64,000 nt of DNA from NCBI RefSeq assembly GCF_006345805.1, contig NC_043008.1:58962001-59026000 (forward strand). Reading direction: 5' to 3'. The notes under the pieces were generated by a model. It was not told the DNA's origin and did not search any database. It saw only the letters and a program-made list of their open reading frames with translations. How positions within the stretch are numbered: position 1 is the stretch's first letter; every line of letters begins with the position of its first letter. The translations under genes and the position numbers were made by a program. Positions 40,557 to 52,394 of this stretch are shown here, in pieces. This DNA is from Octopus sinensis. Lineage: Eukaryota.

Positions 40557-41451
40557 TGTGTGTGCGTGTGCAAAGATATATATATATATTATACATATAT
40601 ATATATGCATATAATATGTATAGATAAATATACATAGATATGTATATATTACATATATATATATATATACACACACATGGTGTATACGAATGGAATATGT
40701 GCAAATACATATGTATATATACAAGTATTCGCATGTCTGTGTGTGTGCGCGTGTGTGTGTGTGGGGGCAGAGGTAGATAGATAGATAAATTCATAAGTAC
40801 ATGTACGTAGATAGATAAATAGATAGATAGACAAACAAACAACATTGTCATAAGCACATGAACGATAAAATTGATAAGATGCTTGAATATATAGGAAGAT
40901 ACGTATATTTTGGCTAAATCCCGAATATTATATACATATATATAGTGAAAGGAACGAGAAGGTAAAGAAATAAATAATACAATATATGTGGAATGCTACA
41001 TCAATAGATTAGCAAAAGGTTTTCAGATAAGTATATGCGCTAATGTGAACTCCAAACGCTATGAATTCATTTAGGTGTATTCATAAATGTTCTGTATTTC
41101 TTTGAGAGATGTTTCAGGCGTGAGGATAAAACGTTCGAAAGCAAGAAAATATATGAAAAGAGAAGGAAATATGAAAGGAGGAATATAAGAATCTATGGAT
41201 GAATAACAGAAAGAAGGAGAAATAAAAGAAAGAAGAGAAAAACCGAAAGGTATAAACAGAATGGAGAGAGTGGGGGAAATTAAGATAGCAATGGGTTATT
41301 ATAAAATAACTGAATGAATATATGTAGTTTCTATAGCGTTTCTGCTATATAAGTATTTCTAGGAAGAATTCTAATATAAATTAGATACACAAGCCCGCAT
41401 TATTTTATTTACCAAATATTTAAGTCAATAAAACAGACTCTCTCTCTTTCT

Positions 41452-41493
<42 letters not shown>

Positions 41494-41508
41494 TATATAC
41501 ATATATAT

Positions 41509-41975
41509 TATCAAAATTAAGCGACAAGGATATCCAGAGTTAATGCAGTACGATCGTTTCATGCAACTCCATTTAATTGAACAATGCAATCATTACATCA
41601 GTTTAAAATGTAGAGCAATCTTCAGCTGCATAAAGACATAGAATTTAATTAAATTAGAACAGATGGACATAATTATACCTAAAATCTCCAAGAAGTTAAG
41701 ATGATAGACAAAGAACATACTGTTCTTACTCCAGCATTCTCCTTAACAATGCAACTATCCTAACATATAATTTTATGCGTGTGTGTGCGTATGTATGTGT
41801 TGTGTGTGTGTGTGTGTTTGTGTGTGTGTTTGTGTGTGTGTGCATGTGTGTGTGTTTATAAATAGAAAATTATTATTTCTAAATCTCTGAACGAGAGACA
41901 TTCAGTAACAGTACTCAAGAGTAAAAGTTATTTGTCAACATAATGTGGCATTCCTGGTGAGGACGATTGTTACTG

Positions 41976-42017
<42 letters not shown>

Positions 42018-42109
42018 TGATGTAATGATTGCATTGTTCAATTAAATGGAGTTGCATGAAACGATCGTACTGCATTACCTCTGGATATCCTTGTTGTTTA
42101 TTTTTGATA
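41509..42109. mobile_element. Inverted-repeat-bounded element (arms 41509-41605 and 42013-42109), probably a PLE terminus plus an inverted truncated pseudo-LTR
   Basis: About 97-bp arms differing at about 4 positions; both outer ends abut (TA)n; the left arm continues into a full hammerhead. Confidence 0.75.
41543..41631 (-). ncRNA. Type-I hammerhead ribozyme, canonical core, 6-bp stem I, long stem II
   Basis: Reverse complement AUGCAG CUGAAGA [UUGCUCUACAUUUUAA...UUAAAUGGAGUUGCAU] GAAAC GAUC GUA CUGCAU; predicted cleavage between 41549 and 41548. Confidence 0.8.
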
Positions 42110-42747
42110 TATATATATATATATATATTTAGTATTTCTAAATTGAATTTTTCCCTGTAAGTTAGGATTAATATTCCCTCAAATAATTATATAAAAATAT
42201 ATATACATATACACATACATAAATAGGAAAGATTTTAGGAAATTGAAGTGATGAAAGAAACGCAGTTTAGGAGCCAAGATAAAGGACTAAACAGGTCGGC
42301 GAATAGTTGTGATATACAATGGGCAGTAGAGATCAAACGAAAGCCAAGTTGTTAGTGGAACTGCGTGTGTAAAAATAGGCATAAATAACTCTCATCTCAG
42401 ATGTGAGAACTCCAATAAATAAGTTAGTGAATGAATTGGTTGGATAAAGTTGAGAGATCCTCATGGGCTTACAATGATTAAATGGTGATACATATATACA
42501 TACGTACGTATATATATATATAAATGTATGTATCTCTGTGTGCATTTATATATATATGCATACGTATATATATATATATACATATGTATGTGTGTGTGCA
42601 AGTGTGTGTGTGCATGCGTGATGGTATGCATTAGTCAATAACCGTGGACTAAGGCGATTACCGAAATCTTACCTAACACATATATATATACAGACACAAA
42701 TAGACGCACATGCATGTTTCTCTCTCTCTCTCTCTCTTTATATCTCT

Positions 42748-42781
<34 letters not shown>

Positions 42782-43264
42782 AAAGAATGTTATAATACTA
42801 TTCCACGTATGCAAAAACTGGCATACCCACAATCCAGTAATACGATTTCTCATATACAAAAACAGCCATACTAACAATCCAATATACCGCCCTCATCAGT
42901 CGACTCACAGATATCATTATGGTTTCGACACCTGGGCGTAACATTCAATCCGGTGGTATCAACAGCACTAAAATAAGGACTGTTTGTTCCCAAACAAACC
43001 AAAGTAACCACAACTTTCAAACAGATCTACCCGGTGTACAACCATATTGGTAAATAAATTCAATAAGTAAATTACAACCAACTCCTAAATACGTTACTGA
43101 ACAGTGACCAATCCATTAAGTCACTAAAAAATGATAATCCTACCGTCTTCCATATATAATATAAACGTGAAACCTTTATGGCCACATTCATTCTATCAAT
43201 CAAATTATGGACAGAATTAAACAGTAATTTTTGTTACGTATATATACATACATACATATATATA

Positions 43265-43307
<43 letters not shown>

Positions 43308-43309
<2 letters not shown>

Positions 43310-43482
43310 CCTCGTGTGTACCGTTAGCGATTATTTTCCCTGTGTCTTCCCTTCTCTGGACCTTTTCTTTTCCTATGTTTCCGACGAAGAGCTCCGCTCG
43401 AAACGTTAAATAATACTATATTTGTTCCACGTCCTCGCGTTGTTGTGTTTTTTGTGTTTTCTTCTTGTTTGGATTAACTTGA
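43308..43482 (+). mobile_element. Family-B PLE terminus with a deletion just after the ribozyme
   Basis: Matches the reverse complement of 16100-16295 minus the ccctcc...ctgagcgtcc segment; ends at (TA)n. Confidence 0.8.
43377..43411 (+). ncRNA. Minimal hammerhead-like motif, core CCGACGA (U4C)
   Basis: GUUU CCGACGA A GAGC UCC GCUC GAAAC GUU AAAU. Confidence 0.6.
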
Positions 43483-43489
43483 TATATAC

Positions 43490-43541
<52 letters not shown>

Positions 43542-43546
<5 letters not shown>

Positions 43547-43827
43547 CTATAACAAAGAGGGTCTATTAGAAATAGCAGCCAGAGGACTGCTATTTCCTTT
43601 TACTACAAAAATATGTCTCCACAGGCAACAATATTTGTAACTCATTATATGGCAAAAAAAAGAAGAAAAATAACGAAATTTGGCCATATAATGTGTTACA
43701 AATACTGTTGCCTGTGGAGACATATTTTTGTAGTAAAAGGAATAGCAGTCCTCTGGGTGCTATTTCTAATATTTTACGTATGTGGTTCTAGCAACTTGTT
43801 GCAAAGACCCTCTTTGTTATAATTATA
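43542..43827. mobile_element. Fold-back MITE (almost wholly palindromic)
   Basis: Arm 43542-43656 pairs with 43679-43827; the right arm has about 33 extra nt; A-rich spacer about 22 nt; TA flanks. Confidence 0.85.
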
Positions 43828-43956
43828 TAAACTTTTACCGAATATGGTCCTTTTCTATACCGAAAAACTACTTGTGAAATTTGTTGATCCTATTAAATTA
43901 ATTATATTTCACCCTTTATATGTATATATATATTATATATATTATATCTATATATA

Positions 43957-44024
<68 letters not shown>

Positions 44025-45644
44025 GATAGTACATATATATACATATTCATATACATATATATACGTACTTATATATATATATACATGCACAGTCATGTAC
44101 ATAGATACGTACTTATATTTATGTGGTTTGCGTATGTACATGTGTATACTAATATTGATATGTTCAATTATAAAAAGAAGCAGTAAAACGTTAAATGAAG
44201 CACTTCTAATTTAATTTGTATATAAAATCTATTTCCAAATTTCTCAGTGTAACTGTCTCTTAGCATATATTCACAATACTTATGGCAGATTTTCCAATTG
44301 CATAATTGTGACTTTGTTATATCATTGTCAAGTGTGTTAATTTAACCAAACAGAAATTTTAACAAATTAGAAATTTTGAACAATAGTAAACTAGATGTCA
44401 TTTTTGTTAAGTTGTGGCTATCTAAAATGCGGTAAAAATATCTGAGGTAGCTTTGGTAGCGATAACCAGTAGTGATAGTAAGTGTCTAATGTTGTTGCCT
44501 ATCTAAGCCCCGAAGCGTTACAATTACTTGATTTACCTTCTACAGTATATCTATTTGTTTAAATACAGTTATGTTTAACTTCATTCCTCTTAATTGATGG
44601 CCTTACATCTGTTTGCACACATTTGTCTCTACAGCACTTTATCCAAATTACGTTGTAAACAAGAGGGTATCTATGTACGTATACAAAAACTCGTTTTAAT
44701 TCACATAATTTATCATTTGTTGTGTTCTGTCTGACTGAAATCTATTCTACGTTACCTTGTATTTATTACAAACCAAGTGTAGTTAGATTATTTTTATACT
44801 ATTCTAGTAATAAGATAGACAGTTATGAATGCTTTTGTTGTTTGTATGTGGAGTATAAAAATAGAAACTATATAAAATTCATTATCGTTGCTATTCTTAC
44901 TAACAATGCCAATAATTTTCTATGATTTGTTCCTGACTTTACGAACAAGTGATCTACATTTTCATTGAATGGCTACGAATCAGTCAACAATTGCTGACTT
45001 TCGAACAAACAAAGAAAATTCTAATTGAACAAACGATTTTTAGTTCTTCTTCTTTTTACTGGAACAGCATTATGTTTAACTTTTGCGTGATACATCATAG
45101 AAAAATAAATAATAATATAAAACCGAATATATAATTAAAAGGAATATCAATAAATCATCCACAAATGACAACTCAGTAGTAAGACTGGGACACAGCATCC
45201 CACATTAGAATCCTTCTATATTTGCCTGTAAATATATCCGGCGTGGGACAGGGCACGAAACAGCCTATATGTTCTAAAATGTACACGGTAGTCAGTCCGA
45301 TGTAATTAGCGTGGTTTCAATAAGACATCCATCTTTTAGGTATTTCATAAAATCTTATTCCGTGTCCTTCGATCAGCCTAATCTAACCAGTTTCCTCTTT
45401 CCCCTGTGTTTTTAATGATTCTATAAATTTCTTTGTTACGAGTAGTATTATCAATTTCAGTTTAATGTGCATTGAAGGTTGGTTATTCCTCAAAGGTTTC
45501 CCACGTCTCTCCTTCCACCTGTGATTGAACATATTGATTCTTTGTGCTCACAATGTTTCCGTGAGATTTTTTGTGGTTGGACGTGGCCCTTACCAACACA
45601 TATCTTTAAGGCAGGCCAAGTTTATGTTATGATAGGTAACTACA

Positions 45645-45876
45645 TATTTCCTTACTACCCACAAAGGGCAAAACATAGAGGGGACAAACAAGGACAGACA
45701 AACGGATTAAGTCGATTACATCGATCCCAGTGCGTAACTGGTACTTAATTATCGACACCGAAAGGATGAAAGACAAAGTCGACCTCGGCGGAATTTGAAC
45801 TCAGAACGTAACAACAGACGAAATACGGCTACGCATTTCGCCCGGCGTGCTAACGATTCTGCCAGCTCGCCGCCTT
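45645..45876 (-). mobile_element. SINE S1, full-length monomer
   Basis: Ends ctgccagctcgccgcctt (head); whole body present. Confidence 0.9.
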
Positions 45877-46481
45877 AACTTCCACGATCGTCATCACTTG
45901 GGTTTTCTAGGTTAGCTTGTGTTCCACCAATAAACTATTTGCCTTCATTTTTTACTTAAGTTTTTATGCATTCACTCAACGAGGAAATCATTGTTGCTTC
46001 ATACAACTGTGAAAAATATCAGAATGTTGTTCGCTTTTACATAAGGCATCCCTGTCTGTTAGACATCCTTTTGTTCGCTATTTGTACTCACCCCAACATT
46101 TGGTCTACACCTTCTTATTCACATGTTCTCTTAAACCTAAAGTGACGCTAACGGTTATTCCTGGAGAGAATTGTCTTTCCTTGTTTGAAATCGGTTCTAG
46201 GATTTTTTATGCACAATTCCTTTACCGAGCGACCGATTTGTTTATGTTGGTTATACGAACATTAGGTCCATTCATTCTTTGCTCTAACTCTATAGAAGAA
46301 GTAACCTTGAAACATGGCTTAAAAGGCCAATATAGATGTTTAGAAAGTGATTCTCATCTTCCTTTCAAATAAATCAACAAGGGACAACAAACGAGATAGT
46401 CCTTTAATTCTGTGATACTTTATTATATAAATCTAAATATGGGAACACTTACTAATAAATTTGGACAGGACGAAAAACTCT

Positions 46482-46566
46482 ACTACTACTACTACTACTA
46501 CTACCAATAATAATAATAATGATATGAACTATAATAATAATATTAATAATAATAATAATAATAATA

Positions 46567-46637
<71 letters not shown>

Positions 46638-46670
46638 TAATAATAATAATATTAATGATATTAATAATAA
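46482..46670. repeat. (TAC)n plus (TAA)n microsatellite
   Basis: Direct reading. Confidence 0.95.
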
Positions 46671-47038
46671 GCTTAACTGATTGGAAGTGTTATCATGTAC
46701 ATTGTTATGTCATGGAGTAAAAGATGAGCTACAGAAAATATTCTGCTCAATACCACAGATTTGCTTGTTAGTTGCTTAACCATAACCAGTTGACTATGTC
46801 TCTTAGTGGCTGACATGTGCATCTCGATCACGAGCAGAAGTAGTGGGGAAGCATCATAGCTTTGTGTTGAGAGGGATTCTTTGAGGTTTGAATAATTCAC
46901 CTCTGGAAACATGGGTGTTTCGTTCAACATCCTTAAACAACCCTTATTCAGGGACCTTTTGAGCGGGATCGGTTACTCAACCAGAAGAAAATTCTAACTG
47001 GGCCCCCACCTGCAAGGTCATGTGCTGTTTATCTTGAG
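46671..47038. repeat. Unclassified interspersed repeat
   Basis: Higher-GC block abutting (TAA)n; recalled as a common Octopus repeat, class unverified. Confidence 0.4.
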
Positions 47039-47449
47039 GCAAGGCCTCATTCGTACGTTTTGAATTCGTTGGAACTGGCGGTCGAAGGTGGTTTACTCAA
47101 ATCAGGGATTACTCAAATCAGACGGGTACGTTCGATTTTTAGTGCTCTCAAATTTAAACTTAACGAAATATTGGGCTGATGACAGGAATGTTGATATAGG
47201 TATGTATTTCTACCATCTCTATATCTAACTAACCCAGAAACGGCGTTCTCAAGTAATCGATGTACGAGTGATCTTTTGTTATTTTCCCTCTATACCTACG
47301 TGAATTGTTTTTGAGTATACATTGTCTGGGTGACTCTTCTTATAGTAGAGGAAATAACTAAATTCTTTGGCTGCTATCTCTAAAAGTTCGGTGTGTGGTA
47401 AAGTAATTTTTTTTTGCTGAACCCTAATTATATAATTAATATATATATA

Positions 47450-47524
<75 letters not shown>

Positions 47525-47531
<7 letters not shown>

Positions 47532-48224
47532 CCACATTTTTACCTTGTACGACGTCTTTACACACTCTCTCTATAGTATGTGTCTTCTCTTTTCTTGCCT
47601 CTGATTCTTCCCCCCACCTTATTTGCACCGTCATTCTATTGCTGTGCCAATCCGTTTCTTCTCCCCTCTCTTATTACTCCCTTCTCTCTCTCTCTCTCTC
47701 TCCCCTGTGTGCCTTCGTCCCTATCTTTCCTCTCTCTTTGATTCCTTGCTCCTGCCTTCTTTTTCTTTCTCTTTCTCCGTGCTCTCACGTGACGCGTTCA
47801 AACTGGTCATTTCGGCCTGACCGCGGCCAGGCTCACGTTGTTTTCGTTTTTGCCGTTGAAGGCTTTTTTCATATACGCCAGCCAAGATAAGTTAAAAATT
47901 GTCTAAAGTCGTAAGACGCTCCTGTCCTTGTACTGTCCACCATTCGTGTTTTTTATTTCTGTTTTTTTATATATATTTTTGTTTCTTGTATTTATATTCA
48001 TGTGACATCCTGTCTTTCCAAGAAATCGAATGCCTGTGGCTTGGTTTTTCCTTGGGGCTGGCCGGGTCGGAGTAATATCGAGATTAAACAGCCGAAATTA
48101 CTAAGATGATCCGGTTCCCGACTGAAGATTAGAGGCTTCGAGTGACTCGTCTATTTTTCTGTGTCGTCTCCTTGTGTGTTTTTGCGTTCTTGTCCCACTT
48201 TGTAATATTTTATATTTAATTTCC

Positions 48225-48228
<4 letters not shown>
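47525..48228. repeat. Unclassified TA-flanked interspersed repeat
   Basis: CpG-richer block bounded on both sides by (TA)n; no ORF, TIR or TSD recognised. Confidence 0.4.
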
Positions 48229-48256
<28 letters not shown>

Positions 48257-48953
48257 CACTGATAATATATTTATATATTATATATAACTATGTATATATA
48301 TTGTGCATTTTCACACAGATTCTTGCCCACACACAGCTATGGAAAGCCATAATCCTTCTGACAGTTTTACAAAAGATTCGATAGAAACTTTGCTAAGAAG
48401 TTAATTTTAAAATTATCATTCGCGTTGATATATAAACGCTGTAAAATTTCTAGACAGCTTTAGATTTAAAGACGGGAAAATGTCGCTCACAAAGTAAGCT
48501 TAAATAAAAAAAAATAGCATTACATTGATATACATTATAAACCCTCCCCCGCCTAGTTATACGAATTGTTGTTAGTAACATTAGCCGACGAATATCAAAG
48601 ATATCTACAGACGAAAATCGAATAATAAAATAGTTAATACATTTACAAAAGAAAATTATATTCAATTATTCAAAGAATTAGATTTAATGATCATAGTAGA
48701 CATCAAGCTTAAAATTGTTTATTTTTTAAATTATTACCTTAAATTCTATCTTCAAACGAATGTCGAAATTGAACTTTCCTTATCTGCAACCATCCTCCAA
48801 AATGACAACTCTCTTACTCTCTATGCACAGGTTTATGTGTATACATACACACACACACACATACATACATACATCACACATATATAGATATATAATATAT
48901 TATATATATATATATGTATATTGTATATGTATATGTATATGTATATATATTAG

Positions 48954-48986
<33 letters not shown>

Positions 48987-49630
48987 TATATACATAAACA
49001 TATATATATATGTAGTGTGTATGTTTGTGTGTATATGTATATATATATATATATTATATCTATATACATATACATATACATAAACATATACATATATAAT
49101 TATGTTGTGTGTGTGTTATGTATGTATATATATATATATATATATATACAGCATAGTTATATACTCTATACGTTTTTGTATATATTTCCATTATATATAT
49201 ATATAATAATATATATATATATAGAGAAAGAGAGAGGGGGGAGAGAGAGAGGTTGAGAGAGAAAGAGAAAGAATAACAGAGACAGACAGAGAGAGAGAGA
49301 GTGATTACAACTTTAGCTAATCGAATCTAGTTTCTTAGTTACTGAGAATGCACAACGACTCAGCTAGTAATGGATGTTATGAATTTTTTTGGAAATGAAT
49401 TTCATAAGCGGCAGTAATCAAGTATACATCGTAAATAAAACAAAAATTCGCACAAATTCGCGCGCGGAATCAACAGATTTTGGTGATTATTTACCTCCTT
49501 AGCAACTGTTGTCGAACAGACATTAACTCATTTAGTCGCACAATATATATCACTTGTTGAAGACATTATGTTTCAGTGTAACAAAAATCCCCTGAAAAAT
49601 GGGCAAAAGAATGAAACATATACTTATAGA

Positions 49631-50210
49631 TGTAGGAGTGGCTGTGTGGTAAGTAGCTTGCTTACGAACCACATGGCTCTGGGTTCAATTCCACTGTGTG
49701 GCACTTTGGGCAAGTGTCTTCTACTATAGCCTTGGGCCGACCAAAACCTTGTGAGTGGATTTGGTAGACGGAAACTGAAAGAAGCCCGTCGAATACATGT
49801 ATATGTATTACTCTTTAATCTTTTACTTGTTTCAGTCATCTGACTGCGGCCATGCTGGAGCACCGCATTTAGTCGAGCAAATCGACCCCGCGACTTACTC
49901 TTTGTAAGCCCAGTACTTATTCTATCGGTCTCTTTTGCCGAACCGCTAAGTGACGGGGTCGTAAACACACCAGCATCGGTTGTCAAGCAATGCTAGGGGG
50001 ACAAACACAGACACACACACATACATATATATATATATACATATATACGACAGGCTTCTTTCAGTTTCTGTCTACCAAATCCACTCACAAGGCATTGGTC
50101 AGCCCGAGGCTATAGCAGTAGACACTTGCCCAAGATGCCACACAGTGGGACTGAACCCGGAACCATATGGTTGGTTAGCAAGCTACTTACCACACAGCCA
50201 CTCCTGCGCC

Positions 50211-50241
<31 letters not shown>

Positions 50242-50475
50242 TTGTGTGTGTGCATGTTTGTGTGTCTATGTTTATCCCCCCCCAACATCGCTTGACAACC
50301 GATGCTAGTGTGTTTACGTTCCCGTAACTTAGCGGTTCAGCAAAAGAGCCCGATAGAATAAATACTAAACTTACATAGAATAAGTCCTGGGGGTCGATTT
50401 TCTCGACTAAAGGCGGTGCTCCAGCATGGCCTCAGTAAAATGACTGAAACAAGTAAAAGAGTAAAAGAGTAAAAA
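49631..50475 (+). mobile_element. SINE S2 (+) interrupted by a nested antisense S2
   Basis: 5' half 49631-49795, 3' half about 50255-50475. Confidence 0.85.
49807..50210 (-). mobile_element. Full-length SINE S2 nested in another S2, 7-bp TSD
   Basis: TSD tatatgt at 49800-49806 and 50211-50217; head cacacagccactcctgcgcc. Confidence 0.88.
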
Positions 50476-50688
50476 AGAGATATATTTCTACATATAAACG
50501 ACGTCTTGCGAATCCACTCAGAATGTTTTGCTCGGCCCGGAGTTTTAGTAGAAGGTACTTGTTTAAGGTATCACGCAGTAGAACTAAATCCAAGACAACA
50601 TGGTCGCGAAGCAAGCTTTTTTAACCACACTGCTACGCCTGCGCAATGCAGAAATGTGTTTATATGTAAATGTATGTATGTCATCATT

Positions 50689-51016
50689 TAAAAGAAGACT
50701 CCGCCGGTTAAACGACGAGGGTCCCAGCTGATACGATCAACAGAACAGCTTGCTCGTGAAATTAACATGCAAATGGCTGAGCATTCCACAGACACGTGTA
50801 CCCTTAACGTAGTTCTCGGGGATAATCAGCGTGACACAGAGAGTGACAAGGCTGACCCTTTGAAATACAAGTACAACTCATTTTTGCCAGCTGAGTGGAC
50901 TGGAGCAACGTGAAATAAAGTGTCTTGCTCAAGGACACAACGCGTCGCCGGGAATCGAACTCACAACCTTACGATCATGAGCCGAATGCCCTAACCACTA
51001 AGCCACGCGCCCTCAC
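50689..51016 (-). mobile_element. S3-related SINE (same head and core, different 3' part), 11-bp TSD
   Basis: TSD atgtcatcatt at 50678-50688 and 51017-51027; gtgtcttgctcaaggacacaac core. Confidence 0.85.
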
Positions 51017-51481
51017 ATGTCATCATTAGTCATAATGTCGCTTTGATCGATTCTCATTGGCAACGATCATCCATTGCTAGCGATAAAGAAATCCCTGTGA
51101 TGAGAGCATCGTGCTCCAGTGTTATAATGAACCTGTTCGCCGATCTCACTTGCTTTGTATTTTTCATTTAAATTCGTTATGAAGATATCTCTTTGTGACT
51201 TGCTCTGGGTGTGTTCGTAAGTCCTGCAGACTCTTTAAAGATTTAATATTATAACTGATGATGGAAAAGAAACCATAGGGTTTTATTATGAAATAAACAG
51301 CTATGTAATATTGTTCAGAAGTTAGTGTGCATTGTCAAAAATATGGTTTTATACTCTAAAAAACCATGTTTATATATTTATTATGTCGATACACTCTTAC
51401 TCAAAAATTTGAAGACAGTGAGAAAAGCAGGCTCGTAGAAGAGCACGTAGAGTGAAAACGCGGTATTTTATTTAATAAATA

Positions 51482-51864
51482 CTAGCAGTTATAGCCCGGC
51501 GTTGCTCGGGTTTGTTTCGACAATTTAGAATTGGAATTTTTGAACAGTAAAAATTTTGCATTATGTAGCTTATTATTCTCTTTAAGTGAACATTTTTCTG
51601 GTTGAAATACACCGAAAAATGGCGACACAGCAGTCAAAAAATAGGGATTTTCGTAGAAAAAAAGCACCTTTTTGATGTAGATAATTTTTGGTTTTAACAT
51701 GGTCTGATTTGAATTTTATCTTCTACGGAAGGAAGAGCAAGCGTTCTTCTATTATGCTCTCAATTTTGGTCAACTTGCGCCGCAGGGTCTCAGAGGAGAT
51801 AGTGTTAGTTGAAGGCTACCAAACTTGTCATACACAGACAACTTCAGCTTTATGTATATAGAGA
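51482..51864 (-). mobile_element. Non-autonomous Helitron
   Basis: Minus strand A|TCTCTATATAC...CCCGAGCAACGCCGGG hairpin...CTAG|T: canonical TC/CTAG termini at an AT target. Confidence 0.88.
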
Positions 51865-52200
51865 TTTAGATTCCATCAAATCAGTTTACAATAGCACATA
51901 TATCAATATTACAGTGTTTAATATTTAATATGATTTTCGTTTGTTTCAGCAATGCGTCAGATTTGCTTTAGACCAACTTTTTGCATTAAATTGGTTTTAT
52001 CTCCTACTCTCTGAACGCATAGTATCTTTCGTTATCACTCCGAAGATGGTTGAACAGTTTAAGCATTTTGTTTTTGTTTTATCTCACCCTGTGTATTTTC
52101 CTACAGGGTTAAAGTCATGTGATTTCCCACCCCTGCTTTTATACCTGTAATGTATAAGACCTGCTCAGAACCAGCTTTTCATGCAATACACACAAGGTTA

Positions 52201-52394
52201 AATGCGGCGAGCTGGCAGAAACGTTAGCATGCCGGGCGAAATACTTAGCAGTATTTCGTCAGTCTTTAGGTTCTGAGTTCAAATTCCGCCCAGGACGATA
52301 AATCAAGTACCAGTTGCGCACTGGGGTCGATCCAATCGACTAGCCCCCTCTCTCAATATCCCAGGCCTTGTGCCTAGAGTAGCAAAGAATATAT
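52201..52394 (+). mobile_element. SINE S1 variant with internal deletion, 9-bp TSD
   Basis: TSD acaaggtta at 52192-52200 and 52395-52403. Confidence 0.85.

Noticed and set aside
46082-46372. 96-aa non-repetitive ORF
   Set aside because: No recognisable motif; the opposite-strand candidate exon with good AG and GTGAGT sites has stops in all three frames
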